NCBI GenBank assembly: GCA_963705725.1
Contig: CAVPKM010000017.1
Coordinates: 1 to 64,000 of the forward strand
Source: an uncultured Gammaproteobacteria bacterium
Lineage (GTDB): Bacteria > Pseudomonadota > Gammaproteobacteria > UBA6002
Reading direction: 5' to 3'
DNA length: 64,000 bases
The position numbers were made by a program, and so were the translations under genes. Positions 1 to 11,693 of the stretch are shown here, piece after piece. The notes under the pieces were generated by a model, which saw nothing but the letters and a program-made list of their open reading frames with translations, ran no database searches and had not been told where the DNA came from. The stretch's first letter is position 1; the number at the start of each line of letters is the position of its first letter.

Positions 1-7
1 AGGGATA

Positions 8-1895
8 ATGCAGCTCATAAGCGGAATTTTTCGACTGGGTCGGTTGAGTCGTTTTGTTCCTTTGCCGGTGATTGCCGCTTTTACTTCAGGGATTCGCGTG
101 ATTATTATTATCGGCCAATTGCCGCGTGCGTTGGGTCTGCCGCAACCGCCTACTGCGCATATTTTCGATGTTGCCGGACATTTATGGCAATACTTAAATA
201 CCATGAATCTTATTGCGCTTGTCATCGTGGTGATGACGATTATCATTATTCGACTATTACCTCGATTCAATCCCAAAATCCCAGCTGCCATCATTGCTGT
301 GATATTGGCAACTTTAATTGCACAAGCTTTTTTCTATAGGTAGCGTTCCATTGATCAGGGGAGATTCCAAGAACCTTACCTGCGCCTCATTTGCCAGTAT
401 TCATGATTTCTTCTTTAAGCGAGTTAGCCTTAACAACATTCACTATCTATATGTTAGCTTGTCTTGAAACCTTACTTTCTTCTAGTGCTATCGACAAATT
501 ATTAAAAACTGACAAGCACGACCCTGACCAAGAATTGATTGGGCAGGGACTGGGAAATATCGTCACTTCTTTATTTGGTGGAATACCGATTACTGGAGTG
601 ATTGCGCGCTCGGCAGTCAATGTGCGCTCGGGTGCAAAAACGCGACGTGCCAGCATCATTCATTCATTAGTGATTCTTATCATCGTATTCTTTGCTGCGC
701 CACTTATTGCAAAAATACCTGTTGCCGCCTTGGCAGCGGTATTAATTTCAGTTGCATTTTCTATGATCAATTACCAGGAATTTCGTAATTTATTGCAAAG
801 TTCTCGAAGCGAGGCGGCAATTTATTTAGTCACTTTTCTCATGATTATCTTTGTTGATCTGACCGCTGGAATTCAAGTCGGGATACTTGCTGCTTGCTTA
901 ATTGTTTTAGTGCGTGCTTCAAGGGCGAGCATGCATATTACCCATGAAGCGAAAGATGCGATTCGTTTATCGCTTAGCGGACCGCTTAATTTTCTGTCAT
1001 TAAGTCAAGTCGCAGATCTTGAAAAAAATTTACAAAATGTATCTTCGACTAAACCCATTATTTTAGATCTCTCTCATGTCAGTGATCTTGATAGCACAGG
1101 TGCATCTGCTATCACTGATTTTATCCAAAATTTTCAAAATCGGGATTTCAATATTTTTCTGAAAGGATTACCACGACGTTTTGAGTCGATTTTTAAGTAT
1201 GTGAAAGGCATGATACTTTGAAAAATGCTATTTATCATCAGAAAGCGAGCTAAAAGATAAACTTTCGATGAAATCTTTTCATGGGCGATTACTGATGGCG
1301 TTAAAAAATTTCATGCAGATCGTGATGAAAATGACAAACGATTATTTGAATTCATTGCTAATCAGCAAGACCCACATACGCTTTTTATTACTTGTTCAGA
1401 TAGTCGAATCTTAACTTCAATGATCACTCAGACTGATCCTGGGGAGCTATTTATCGTGCGTAATGTAGGAAATGTCATTCCATCTTCTTCTACTATTCGC
1501 AGCATAGCGAAATTGCTGCCTTAGAGTTTGCGTTATTACAACTGGACATTCGTGAAATAGTGATTTGTGGTCATAGTAATTGTGGAGCGATTAAAGCCTG
1601 CCGCGAACCAAAGATCAGCGAGTTGCCATCAGGGCTTGGCAGTTGGATACAAAATATCAAAAATCAATTAAATCCAACAATCCCAGATCTTGGGGAGCTT
1701 TCTAGGGAGAATGTATTAAATCAAATTGAAAATCTAAAGCAATATGCCATTGTGCAGGAGCGCTTAGCTAAAGGGACGTTAAGTATTCATGCCTGGTTTA
1801 TCGATCTTGAGCAACACACCATTTTTGAATGGAATGCAAAAAATAAAAAATTTCAACCGATCGCCTCGGAAGAGACCATCGCTTGCAATCTGTAA
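8..1895 (+). CDS. SulP-family anion transporter / STAS / beta-carbonic anhydrase fusion (5'-partial, several frameshifts)
   Basis: ORFs 8-343 and 391-1221 have SulP motifs (AAFTSG, DQELIGQGLGN, TGVIARS) and a STAS motif (LDLSHVSDLDSTG). 1360-1480 encodes QDPHTLFITCSDSRI...PGELFIVRNVGN and 1560-1895 has CGHSNCGA, both beta-CA motifs. Confidence 0.85.
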
Positions 1896-1922
1896 CTATC
1901 CGACCCTCTGCTGAATAGTTAT
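1892..1922. mobile_element. Minimal MITE remnant (GTAAC family): two TIRs with almost no interior
   Basis: GTAACTATCCG...CTGAATAGTTAT. Its TAA (1893-1895) is the stop codon of the carbonic anhydrase frame. No clean target duplication. Confidence 0.6.
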
Positions 1923-1946
1923 GCTAAAATGGTCTTGACCCAGACT

Positions 1947-3984
1947 TTAGTCTTCTACGTCTAAAAAGCTGCGTAACTTTTCAGAGCGGCTGGGATGTCG
2001 AAGCTTGCGTAATGCTTTTGCTTCAATCTGTCTGATGCGCTCTCGAGTCACGTCAAATTGTTTGCCCACTTCTTCTAAGGTGTGATCAGTATTCATATCA
2101 ATACCAAAACGCATTCGCAAAACTTTAGCTTCCCTCGGGGTAAGAGAGGAAAGCACGGACTTAGTTGCTTCGCGCAAACTTTCAATCGTGGCAGAATAAA
2201 TACGTAATAACATCATGGTATCTTCGATGAAATCGCCTAGATGAGAATCTTCATCGTCTCCAATTGGCGTTTCAAGCGAAACAGGCTCTTTAAGTTTTAA
2301 CACCTTTCTTATTTTGTCCTCGCTCATATCCATATACTTGCCGAGTTCTTCTGGGCTTGGTTCAATACCCGTTTCTTGAAAAATGATTCTAGAAAAACGG
2401 TTCATTTTATTAATGGTTTCAATCATATGAACTGGAATGCGGATAGTTCTCGCCTGATCTGCAATAGAGCGCGTGATTGCTTGACGGATCCACCAAGTCG
2501 CGTAGGTTGAAAATTTGTAACCACGTCGGTATTCAAACTTATCTACCGCCTTCATTAAGCCGATGTTACCTTCTTGAATCAAATCTAAAAATTGTAATCC
2601 ACGATTTGTGTATTTTTTAGCAATAGAAATGACTAAGCGCAGATTAGCTTCAATCATTTCCCTTTTTGGCTAATCGTGTTCTCGATTCGCCGCTAGACAT
2701 ACGTCGATTGATTTCTTTTATATCATGAATGCTTAATTTATTTTCTTTCTCGATTATGATGAGCTTTTTTTGTACGCGCAGAATTTCTGCTTCATATTGT
2801 TTGAGGTGGGTTGCTTTGTCTGAATGATCTGCACTGTATTGACCAAGCCAATCTAAATTAGTTTCATTATTGACAAAAGATTTAATAAAACTTGATTTCG
2901 GTGTTTTTGCCTTATCTACGCAAAGCTTAAGAATGATTCTCTCTTGTTCTTGAACTTCTTCTTGCATTTCCTTTAAACGACGCGAAAACTTATTAAATTG
3001 TTTCGGTGCTAATTTGAAATGAATAAATATGTCTGTCAGTCCTTTTTGCGCTTTGATGGCATGCGCATCAGTTTTGCCATATGTGGATGCTGCTTGTAAA
3101 TACTGATCATAAGCGCTACGAAGCTCTTCAAATCTTGCCCTGGCAAGGATGGGATCCGGTCCTGAATCCATGATATCTCCACTGTCCCCACTGTCTCCGC
3201 TTTCTCCTTCTTCATCATCGGTTTTTGATTTTCCACCAAATTCATCTTCACTCGTTTCAGCTTCTTTATCTTGTTCACTATTTTCTTCATCAACTGATTC
3301 GGCTTCTTCAGCCAGCTGATTTTCTGCCTCTTCATCGATATTTGTAGGGACACTAGCAGGGACAAATTCGATATCTCCTTCTCCTTCTCCTTCATCTTCT
3401 ACATCTGTGAGATCACTATCGAGGGAAATTTCACCTGCTCCTTCCTCTCCAATTTGTGATTCATCCATTTCTTCATCAATGAAGCCAGTAATAATGTCAT
3501 TCAGTCTTTTTTCGCCTGTTTCAACCAGGCTGTACTGATGTAAAATATTGGAGATAAATTCAGGATATTGTGAAAGTGCTGTTAAGACGAGTTTCAGACC
3601 TTCTTCGATTCGTTTAGCAATGGCAATTTCGCCTTGACGGGTAAGTAATTCAACACTGCCCATTTCACGCATATACATACGCACAGGATCAGTCGTTCTG
3701 CCAAATTCACTATCCATAGAGGCTAAGGCTGCAACCGCCTCTTCTGCTGCCTCTTCGTCCACAGTTGCTGTGTTTTCTACGAGAAGTAAATCTTCATCGG
3801 GTGCAGTTTCATAAACAACGATACCCATCTCGTTAAAGCGGCTATAGATGTTTTCAACTTGATCAGGATCAATAATGCCTTCTGGTAAAGCATCATTAAT
3901 TTCATCTATAGTAAGAAAGCCTTGTTGCTTACCTTTCTCAAGTAATTCTTTGAAATCATCAGATTTATCTTGCTCAACTGGCAT
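1947..3984 (-). CDS. rpoD: RNA polymerase sigma-70 factor RpoD (split by a frameshift near 2660)
   Basis: [41 protein letters not shown] and [13 protein letters not shown]. One extra G in AAAAAGGGAAATG breaks AKKEMIEAN. Confidence 0.97.
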
Positions 3985-4230
3985 AATGTCTCCGTTAGTA
4001 GCGCGACCTTAAATAAGTTAGGACAGGATTGAAATCCGTTTAAACCAAAATTTATTGCTGGTTTCAGCTTTGCTGAAGATGTGGCAATTGCCATCACTCG
4101 ACTGAGGTCATACCTGGAAAAAACTAAAACGTTGTAGTTTAGCAGTAAATAAAGATTATTCCAGATAATTATCCAGCATAAAGTTGAAACATTTAATTCT
4201 TTATTATCTTTTACCTATTTTATTAAAAAA

Positions 4231-5952
4231 TTACTCATTCTTATCTAATAATAGCTTTTGTAGAGACTGTTTTTCTTCTTCTGTGAATCCTGCTTTTTTC
4301 CCTTTTTGCATTAATATAAAAATTTTATGTTCCTTTTCTAGTTCGGAAATACGTTTGATTGCACCTTGCAGCTCCTCTGCCCAAGATTCTTCCGGTATCA
4401 GTAGTTCTTGTGTTGCTAGTTCTTGAAATAAAAATTTATCTTGTTCCTCGTCTACATGCTCAAATAAGGCACCGGTTGTGAGGAGAGGATTTTGCTTGGC
4501 GAGTAATAAAATTTTAATTAAAAAGTCCATTCCCTTCATTTGTATCATATAAAAATTTTCAGGGGGCGTGAAGTCAGAGATCAAATTTGGTTTTTGGATG
4601 AGTAAGCACAGTGCTAGCCGAAGGGTAGGCTCGATGTTAATTTTAAAAGTATTGGGCGCTTTAGTTACTGTGGACAGAGAGGTGGAGGGTAATATTTCTT
4701 GAATTCTCGCTAGGTTCATTCCAATTGCATCTGCAAGCGCTTCATACATTAATGTTTGAAAGATTCCTTTAGGGATTTTTCGGAGATATTTTTCTGCTAT
4801 ATGTGCCAAACGGGTTTTACCCGTAATAGATTCAATTTCATTTTTAGCAAGCAGTCTTTTGTAAAAGAAATCGGGGAGGGTTAAGCTGTCCGCCAATTTA
4901 GTTAGGAAAGCTTCGCCACCTTGTATACGAACAAAGCTATCAGGATCCATTTTTTCCCCTAGCAGCAAAAAATTTATCTTGTAACCCGTATTCATTAAGG
5001 GAAGAATCATTTCCAAAGCACGCCAAGCAGCCGTTTCACCCGCTTGATCGCCATCAAAACAAAAATATAAAGTGTCTGTATAGCGTAGCAAGGTATGAAT
5101 ATGTTGTAGACTAATGGCTGTCCCAAGCGTAGCCACCGCTTCTGTTATTCCATATTGATGTAGGGCAATGACATCTAAATACCCTTCAACAATAATAAAT
5201 TTAGTAATATTTTTAGTTGCTTGGAGTGATTCATACAGTCCATAAAGTTCCTGGCTTTTATGAAAATAAGCCGTTTCAGGCGAGTTCAAATATTTAGGCA
5301 TTTGGTTGTCAATACTTCGTCCACCAAAGGCGATAATCTGTCCTCGCTTATTTTTAATCGGGAAGATGAGACGACTGCGAAATCGATCGTAATATTGATT
5401 AGGCTTGTTTTCTACCAGCAAACCAATTTCTACCAGAGCCTGTTGTTTGCTTAAGGTTCCGCCTAAGGCGGTTTTCAAATTATTCCAACCACTTTGTACA
5501 AAACCCAACTCAAATCGTTTAATCATTTCATTTGTTAAACCACGTTTTTGCAGATAGCTTTGTGCAGAACTTTCTTTAAGTTGAGCCTGAAAAAAATTTG
5601 CAGCGTTTTTAAGTAAAGCTAAGTGAGAGGGGAGAATTGCAGTTTCTTTATTATTCTCATCGGGCATGTTGAGATTAGCTTTTAAGGCGAGTACTTCGAC
5701 TGCTTCGATAAAAGAAAGCTTATCATAGGTCCTAAGAAAATCGATTGCATTGCCGCTTGCCTTGCATCCAAAGCAATAATAAAATTGTTTGCCTTGACTG
5801 ACAGCAAATGAGGGGGTTTTTTCTTGATGAAACGGGCATAAACCCGTGTAGTTACCTTTCCCGGTCTTTTTAAGAGAAATGCGCTTTTCGATAGTATCAA
5901 CAATGTCAATGCGCGACAAAACTTCGTCAATAAAAGATTGGAGTAATTTCAC
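4231..5952 (-). CDS. dnaG: DNA primase
   Basis: CPFH..CFGC zinc finger, PKYLNSPET, EGYLDV and FDGD Toprim motifs; position in the rpsU-dnaG-rpoD operon. Confidence 0.97.
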   Translation of the reverse strand: MKLLQSFIDEVLSRIDIVDTIEKRISLKKTGKGNYTGLCPFHQEKTPSFAVSQGKQFYYCFGCKASGNAIDFLRTYDKLSFIEAVEVLALKANLNMPDENNKETAILPSHLALLKNAANFFQAQLKESSAQSYLQKRGLTNEMIKRFELGFVQSGWNNLKTALGGTLSKQQALVEIGLLVENKPNQYYDRFRSRLIFPIKNKRGQIIAFGGRSIDNQMPKYLNSPETAYFHKSQELYGLYESLQATKNITKFIIVEGYLDVIALHQYGITEAVATLGTAISLQHIHTLLRYTDTLYFCFDGDQAGETAAWRALEMILPLMNTGYKINFLLLGEKMDPDSFVRIQGGEAFLTKLADSLTLPDFFYKRLLAKNEIESITGKTRLAHIAEKYLRKIPKGIFQTLMYEALADAIGMNLARIQEILPSTSLSTVTKAPNTFKINIEPTLRLALCLLIQKPNLISDFTPPENFYMIQMKGMDFLIKILLLAKQNPLLTTGALFEHVDEEQDKFLFQELATQELLIPEESWAEELQGAIKRISELEKEHKIFILMQKGKKAGFTEEEKQSLQKLLLDKNE

Positions 5953-5992
5953 TTCACACCTGAAGAGTCTAGTTCGAGGTATTAGAGGACGG

Positions 5993-6442
5993 TTATGCTT
6001 GAGGTTCCAAAGCGTTTTTTATCATTTTACTGACTTCTGCCATGTCAGCGCGGCCTTGAATTTTTGGCTTAAGAAGCGCCATGACCTTACCCATATCTTT
6101 CATGGATGCTGCTTGGGTTTCCTGAAGAGCATTCGCGACTAACTGATGAATCTCTTGATTGCTAAGTTGTTCGGGTAAATAGTTTTCGAGTAGATTAATT
6201 TCATAGGATTCCTGGTCGGCTAAATCTTGCCGACCAACATTTTGGTATTGAGCTTGGGAATCGCGACGTTGTTTCAGCATTTTATCAATGACAGTCAAAA
6301 TTTGATTGTCATCTAAAGTGATGCGTTCATCCACTTCTCTCTGTTTAATTGCTGCAAGCAACAGCCGTATGACTCCAAGTCGGCGCTTATCTTGCGCTCG
6401 CATGGTATTTTTCATATCTTGTTGGATCTGCTCTCTCAGCAT
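5993..6442 (-). CDS. GatB/YqeY domain protein
   Basis: AAIKQREVD, KQRRDS and DMGKVM motifs; usual position between rpsU and dnaG. Confidence 0.92.
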   Translation of the reverse strand: MLREQIQQDMKNTMRAQDKRRLGVIRLLLAAIKQREVDERITLDDNQILTVIDKMLKQRRDSQAQYQNVGRQDLADQESYEINLLENYLPEQLSNQEIHQLVANALQETQAASMKDMGKVMALLKPKIQGRADMAEVSKMIKNALEPQA

Positions 6443-6708
6443 TAAGCTTGTTCTTCTGTATATTCTTTTTTTGCTTCTTTGAATTTTACGCGTCTTGCAT
6501 TGCGTTGGTACATTTCACGTTCCTTCGCAAGCTTCTTTAGATGCCTTTTGACTGCAGCAGCAAGTTTTCTTTTGCGTTTTGAAGTTGGCTTTTCATAGAA
6601 TTCAATCTGCCGCAATTTAGTGGGAATTCCAGCTTTTTCACATGCTCGTTTGAAGCGCCGTAGCGCAACATCAAAAGAATCACATTCTTTTACGTTGACA
6701 TGGGGCAT
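6442..6708 (-). CDS. rpsU: 30S ribosomal protein S21
   Basis: [16 protein letters not shown]...FYEKPT; true start is MPHV at 6708 after a GAGGTG Shine-Dalgarno. Confidence 0.97.
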   Translation of the reverse strand: MPHVNVKECDSFDVALRRFKRACEKAGIPTKLRQIEFYEKPTSKRKRKLAAAVKRHLKKLAKEREMYQRNARRVKFKEAKKEYTEEQA

Positions 6709-6738
6709 TAAAAAATCACCTCGAACTTTAAAAATTAA

Positions 6739-6760
6739 TATACCCTTCGTGAAGGATATA
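6739..6760. repeat. Collapsed palindrome of the TATACCCTTCG repeat family in the rpsU leader
   Basis: TATACCCTTC-GT-GAAGGATATA; same 15-mer as at 28493 and 57671. Confidence 0.6.
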
Positions 6761-6846
6761 GATAAAACACTTATTTTCATAAGTGACAAAGACATGTATC
6801 TTAAAGAGATTATAGAGTAGTGTAAAGATCTAGATGAGATAAATTT

Positions 6847-7878
6847 ATGATAGTGTTAGGTATTGAAACCTCTTGTGATGATACGGGCGTAGCTGTTTAT
6901 GACTCGAATCGAGGCTTAAGGAGTAATCAGTTATATAGTCAAACCCAACTTCATGCTAAATATGGCGGGGTGGTGCCGGAATTGGCTTCGCGAGATCATA
7001 TTAAAAGAATGACAGGCTTAACAGAGCAAGCTTTAAGTGAGGCTAAAATAAACTTATGCGAAATTAATGCGATTGCTTATACCGCGGGGCCAGGATTGAG
7101 TGGTTCACTCATGGTGGGTGCCTGCTTTGCAAAAAGTTTGGGTTTTAGTTTGCAGGTGTCAACACTCGGCGTGCACCATCTTGAAGCACATTTGTTAGCA
7201 GCTATGCTTGAGGAAACCGCTCCTGCTTTTCCTTTTGTTGGGCTGCTGGCTTCAGGCGGTCACACCCTGTTGGTTGAAGCAAAAGATTTGGGTTGCTATT
7301 CATTATTGGGAGAAACACTTGATGATGCAGTAGGCGAAGCGTTTGATAAGACTGCAAAATTATTAGGCTTATCGTATCCTGGCGGTGCGGCATTATCTCA
7401 ACTTGCCTTAGAGGGTAAGTCAACTTTTACCTTGTCAAGGCCGATGGCGGATAAACCGGGATTGGATTTTAGTTTTAGTGGTTTAAAAACGCAGGTTGCA
7501 AAATTAATTTTGAGTGTGGGTGACGATGTACACGCCTATCCTGATATCGCTTATGCCTTCCAGGAGGCAGCGGTTGACGCGCTGGTTCTTAAAGCCAAGC
7601 GGGCTTTAGTGCAGACAAAACATCAAACCTTGGTGGTGGCAGGAGGAGTGGGGGCAAATCAATTGCTTAGGCTGAGTTTAAAAGAAATGGCGGAGGCTTT
7701 GGGAGTAGAGGTTTTTTATCCGCGACCTGCCTATTGTACGGATAATGGCGCAATGGTAGCTTACGCGGGTTGCCAGCGTTTATTAAAAGGAGAGCAAGAT
7801 GAAACGCTGGCGATTAAGGTTAAATCTAGGTGGTCGTTGGATGAGTTATTGCCACCCAAGCGAATAATTACAGAGTAA
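6847..7878 (+). CDS. tsaD: tRNA t6A37 threonylcarbamoyltransferase TsaD
   Basis: [33 protein letters not shown] and TDNGAM motifs. Confidence 0.97.
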   Translation: MIVLGIETSCDDTGVAVYDSNRGLRSNQLYSQTQLHAKYGGVVPELASRDHIKRMTGLTEQALSEAKINLCEINAIAYTAGPGLSGSLMVGACFAKSLGFSLQVSTLGVHHLEAHLLAAMLEETAPAFPFVGLLASGGHTLLVEAKDLGCYSLLGETLDDAVGEAFDKTAKLLGLSYPGGAALSQLALEGKSTFTLSRPMADKPGLDFSFSGLKTQVAKLILSVGDDVHAYPDIAYAFQEAAVDALVLKAKRALVQTKHQTLVVAGGVGANQLLRLSLKEMAEALGVEVFYPRPAYCTDNGAMVAYAGCQRLLKGEQDETLAIKVKSRWSLDELLPPKRIITE

Positions 7879-8446
7879 TTTTATTTTCTGTGCCGGCACG
7901 TAAACGTTCAATATTTTCCCAATGTCGCCAGATTAGAATGATAGTCATAATAAGGACAGGAAAGAAGTAAGCGGCATGACTGAAAATAAGAACATAGAGT
8001 GGCATCAGGAGGGCCGTGACAATTGCGCCGAGAGAAGAGTATTTTGTGAAGTAAACCACTATTCCCCAAGTAATAATAGCGAGTAGGCCGGCAACTAGGC
8101 TCAATCCGAAAAGGGTGCCAAGCGCTGTAGCAAAACCCTTGCCGCCTTTAAACTTATAATATAATGGGAAAATATGGCCAAGTAATGCAGCCAGTGCAAT
8201 TAGACCTAAAGCAAATCCTGAAACGCCAACCAATCGAGCTAAAATGACAGGGATAAAGCCTTTTAATCCATCAACAATTAAGACTAGGGATGCGGCCTGC
8301 TTACCCGCAAGTCGCAGCACATTGGTTGCTCCTGGATTACCAGAACCTTCAGTTCTTGGATCAGGTAGCCCCATAAATTTGCAGACGGGGATGGCGGAAC
8401 AGACTGAGCCGAGAAGGTAAGCAATAATGATAAATAAGAGAAACAT
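7868..8446 (-). CDS. plsY: Glycerol-3-phosphate acyltransferase PlsY
   Basis: [21 protein letters not shown] and RHWENIERL motifs. Confidence 0.96.
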   Translation of the reverse strand: MFLLFIIIAYLLGSVCSAIPVCKFMGLPDPRTEGSGNPGATNVLRLAGKQAASLVLIVDGLKGFIPVILARLVGVSGFALGLIALAALLGHIFPLYYKFKGGKGFATALGTLFGLSLVAGLLAIITWGIVVYFTKYSSLGAIVTALLMPLYVLIFSHAAYFFPVLIMTIILIWRHWENIERLRAGTENKITL

Positions 8447-8587
8447 AAGGCAACTCCATGCTTGATTTCTGCTAATACTAATACTAGTTTATTCGACCTG
8501 GCTTGAAAAGTCCTATCTGTGATTGTAAGAATAAATCTTGTGTGCTTCAATGAAGGCAAGGCGGTAATTATAAATATTAGGAATTAC

Positions 8588-9148
8588 ATGACAAATAAAC
8601 TCAATAATTTAGTTTGGTTAGATCTTGAAATGACGGGTTTGAATCCAGATCAAGATAAAATAATCGAGATTGCAACGGTTGTTTCAGATGCAAACCTGAA
8701 TGTTATTGCAGAAGGCCCAGTTATTGCAATTCACCAAGCGGATGAGCTTTTAGACAACATGGATGCTTGGAATACCAATCAGCATAATAAATCAGGCTTA
8801 GTTAGCCGAGTGAAAGCCAGCAAATATAATGAAGAACAAGCAGAAAAAGAAACCTTGGCCTTCTTGGCCCAATATGTGTTGCCGGGAAAATCTCCTATGT
8901 GTGGTAACAGCATTTGCCAAGATCGAAGATTTATTTACAAGTGGATGCCTAAATTAGCGCTATTTTTTCATTACCGAAACTTAGATGTGAGCACAATTAA
9001 AATACTTGCCAGTTGCTGGGCGCCTGAAATCTTAAGGGGTTTTTCAAAAGAATCGAGCCACCGTGCTTTATATGATATTTATGACTCGATCGCAGAATTG
9101 CGCCACTATCGTGAACACTTTTTTATCCCGAGCGCAGGTTCAAATTAG
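8588..9148 (+). CDS. orn: Oligoribonuclease
   Basis: [30 protein letters not shown] and HRALYDI motifs; start chosen at MTNK. Confidence 0.96.
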   Translation: MTNKLNNLVWLDLEMTGLNPDQDKIIEIATVVSDANLNVIAEGPVIAIHQADELLDNMDAWNTNQHNKSGLVSRVKASKYNEEQAEKETLAFLAQYVLPGKSPMCGNSICQDRRFIYKWMPKLALFFHYRNLDVSTIKILASCWAPEILRGFSKESSHRALYDIYDSIAELRHYREHFFIPSAGSN

Positions 9149-9158
9149 TATTTTTTAT

Positions 9159-9323
9159 GTCACCACTCAGCACAGGGTTGAACGTCGCCATCTTCGAACA
9201 AAAAATTTAATTAAAACTGTTCACATACTTGAGTATGCTCCGCTTTTTTATTAAATTTGTTTGTCCGAATCTGGCTAAAATCTGAACGTTTAGCGGCTTC
9301 TAGCATTTGTGCTGAATCGTTAC
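9159..9323 (+). mobile_element. GTAAC-family MITE with 8-bp target duplication
   Basis: Ends GTCACCACTCAGCACA / TGTGCTGAATCGTTAC, flanked on both sides by TTTTTTAT (9151-9158, 9324-9331). Supplies the pncB stop codon. Confidence 0.92.
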
Positions 9324-10693
9324 TTTTTTATTTTTCTCATTATCGCTTCCGTGTTTTTTTGCATGTTGTCTCCGAGTGTGACCGAATAGGGCTTGGGTGA
9401 TTGTTCAATATAAAGTTTCAGTCTATGTAGCAGATCTTCTCTGATTTTATTTAAAGAGGGGAGTGCATAAACCAATTGACCCTGCCGAAAGATTGGTTGG
9501 AGCAGATCTTCCCCGGCTTTTTTTAATTCTGGTTCAGGAATGTTCAGATCATAGATCAAGTCTTTCACAGCGATGGTATCTTGATAGAACCTTCGCACTT
9601 GTAACCTGCCAGGTAGTGTCATTTTTTGGGGGTCATTAGACAGTTTCATTTTATATTCCCAGTCGCCCTGTTCATTCTTGAGGGCAGTGAGCTTATAGAT
9701 GGCATTGAATGCAGGTTGATCATAGGAAGTGACCAGTTTTGTGCCCACTCCCCAAGCATCAATGGGAGCGCCACTCACAATCAGGCGGCTAATAATGTTT
9801 TCATCAAGATCACCGCTTGCAATAATTTCGGTGGTTGCTAGGCCGGCTTGATCCAATAATCTACGCGTATTTTTACTCAGATCTAACAAGTTTCCGGAAT
9901 CTAAGCGAACGGCAGCAAGTTGTTTTCCTTCTTTTTTTAATTGCAAACCAACCTCAATCGCATGTTTAACGCCTTGAAGCGTGCTGTAAGTATCCACTAG
10001 TAAGGTTGTTGAACTTTGCATAATGCTGGCAAATTTATCGAAAGCTTCTTTTTCGGATTGAAACGCCATTATCCAGCTATGCGCCTGCGTGCCTTGCGTT
10101 GGTATGCCGTATTGTTTGCCTGCCAGGAGGTTTGAAGTACTGCTGCAACCACCAATGTAGGCGCTTCGGCTGGCAGTGAGGGCCCCGTCGGGGCCTTGGG
10201 CTCGCCTTAAGCCAAATTCGACTACGGGTTTACTGCCAGCAGCAGAGCAAATTAATGAGGATTTAGTTGCAATTAATGAAGAAAAATTAATAAAATTTAG
10301 CAATGGGCTTTCGAGCAACTGGCATTGCAGGATGGGGCCTTGTATGCGAATAAGCGGTTCTAATGCATAAACCAATGTGCCTTCAGGGATAGCATCTAAA
10401 TCACAAGAAAAACGAAGTTGACTTAAATAATCCAAAAATTCTTCAGGAAAAATGGGATCTTGGTTATGTTTCAAGCTTTTTAGGTAATCCCTATCTGAGT
10501 CAGTAAAAGAAAAATTTTTAAGTAATTCAATTACCTTTTCAAGACCTGCTGCGACAATGTAGGAGGTGCGATTAGGCAATTTTCGAAAACTTAAATGAAA
10601 AACGGCTTCTCGTTCTGCCATGCCGAGTTTCCAATAGCCATAAGCCATCATGATTTGATAATAGTCAGTAAATAATGGGGAATAAGTGGACAT
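9320..10693 (-). CDS. pncB: Nicotinate phosphoribosyltransferase
   Basis: LFTDYYQ, EFGLRRAQG, GTQAHSW, LVDTY, VRLDSG and GVGTKL motifs. Confidence 0.94.
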   Translation of the reverse strand: MSTYSPLFTDYYQIMMAYGYWKLGMAEREAVFHLSFRKLPNRTSYIVAAGLEKVIELLKNFSFTDSDRDYLKSLKHNQDPIFPEEFLDYLSQLRFSCDLDAIPEGTLVYALEPLIRIQGPILQCQLLESPLLNFINFSSLIATKSSLICSAAGSKPVVEFGLRRAQGPDGALTASRSAYIGGCSSTSNLLAGKQYGIPTQGTQAHSWIMAFQSEKEAFDKFASIMQSSTTLLVDTYSTLQGVKHAIEVGLQLKKEGKQLAAVRLDSGNLLDLSKNTRRLLDQAGLATTEIIASGDLDENIISRLIVSGAPIDAWGVGTKLVTSYDQPAFNAIYKLTALKNEQGDWEYKMKLSNDPQKMTLPGRLQVRRFYQDTIAVKDLIYDLNIPEPELKKAGEDLLQPIFRQGQLVYALPSLNKIREDLLHRLKLYIEQSPKPYSVTLGDNMQKNTEAIMRKIKK

Positions 10694-10710
10694 ATTTTTT
10701 CCTGCTGAAT

Positions 10711-11538
10711 TTACGAGCACATTTCAATTCGAAAACTGCCGCTTTTTTTTACATCCAAGGTATTTAATAACCAAGGAAGAATACTTCGCAAACCTTCTGT
10801 TAATTGCCAAGGAGGATTGATAATGGCTAGGCCGCTGCCGTTAAGTGCGATGGGGGAATCATCTGGATATAAACTGAGCTCTGTCATTAGCAAATGTTTG
10901 GTTATTTTTTTTAAATGTTGTTCGAAAAGTTGAATGCGGCGTCTATCCTTAATGGGATACCAAATGACATAAATACCTTGCGGCCAGCGTTGTAATGCGA
11001 TGGTCACATTTTTTATGATTAATGAGAATTCCTTTATGTCCTCATACGGAGGATCAATTAAAACCATTCCTCTACGAGGTGTGGGGGGAAGCAATGCCTT
11101 GAGTAGGGGGTAGCCATCTTGGCAATGAACAGCAACTTGATTGTCTTTTTTAAATAAAATTTTCAGTGATTCTGCATAATTTTTATTTAATTCACAAAGA
11201 ATAAGCCGATCTTTTTGTCTAATTATGCTTCTTGCAATCAAGGGCGAACCTGGGTAATACTGACCCTCTTTAGCGTTTAAACGGTTGACGATTTGAAGAT
11301 AGCGTTTAATAATTTTCGGTGGATTAGGGGCGCCGAATAGTAATTGAATACCCGCTTCATATTCTTTCGTTTTTTGAGAGCGGGAAGCGGACAAGAGGTA
11401 TTGTCCTTCGCCAGCATGAGTATCTAAATAACAAAAGGGTGTGTCTTTTTTTTGTAAGGAATCGAGTATCATGCAGACGACAACATGTTTAAAAACATCT
11501 GCAAAACTTCCTGCATGGTAGGCGTGACTATAGTTCAT
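10711..11538 (-). CDS. rlmJ: 23S rRNA m6A2030 methyltransferase
   Basis: MNYSHAYHAGSFADVFKH, YLDTHAG, YPGSP and LIDPPYE motifs. Confidence 0.95.
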   Translation of the reverse strand: MNYSHAYHAGSFADVFKHVVVCMILDSLQKKDTPFCYLDTHAGEGQYLLSASRSQKTKEYEAGIQLLFGAPNPPKIIKRYLQIVNRLNAKEGQYYPGSPLIARSIIRQKDRLILCELNKNYAESLKILFKKDNQVAVHCQDGYPLLKALLPPTPRRGMVLIDPPYEDIKEFSLIIKNVTIALQRWPQGIYVIWYPIKDRRRIQLFEQHLKKITKHLLMTELSLYPDDSPIALNGSGLAIINPPWQLTEGLRSILPWLLNTLDVKKSGSFRIEMCS

Positions 11539-11630
11539 GCTGCAAGTATTTATCTGATCTTTGGGATTTGTCAACTACAGGCACAGGTTTTTTTGTCAGG
11601 TTGAAAATTTATTTTGCCACACTTTTTACC

Positions 11631-11663
11631 GTTAATAATAATTTAATAATTAATATGTAAACT
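11631..11663 (+). promoter_or_regulatory. PmrA-type tandem box with -10 element
   Basis: gTTAATAAT-aa-tTTAATAAT-N7-TAAACT fits the Legionella/Coxiella PmrA consensus cTTAATatT-N2-cTTAATatT followed by a -10. Confidence 0.65.
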
Positions 11664-11693
11664 GAAAATTATATAGCTGCTAAGAGGTGTTGA

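Noticed and set aside
2640-2680. Split rpoD as programmed frameshift or pseudogene
   Set aside because: The gene is essential, there is a single extra base in a short run, and similar breaks occur in sulP, nnr and the ankyrin gene. Assembly indel error is the simplest explanation.
9063-9254. Short ORFs such as 9063-9254, 28122-28556, 30602-30883 and 63186-63455
   Set aside because: They overlap MITEs, the tRNA or established genes and have no recognisable motifs.
11569-11605. Possible extra MITE remnant (GTCAACTACAGGCACAGG)
   Set aside because: Too short and degenerate, with no partner end or target duplication.
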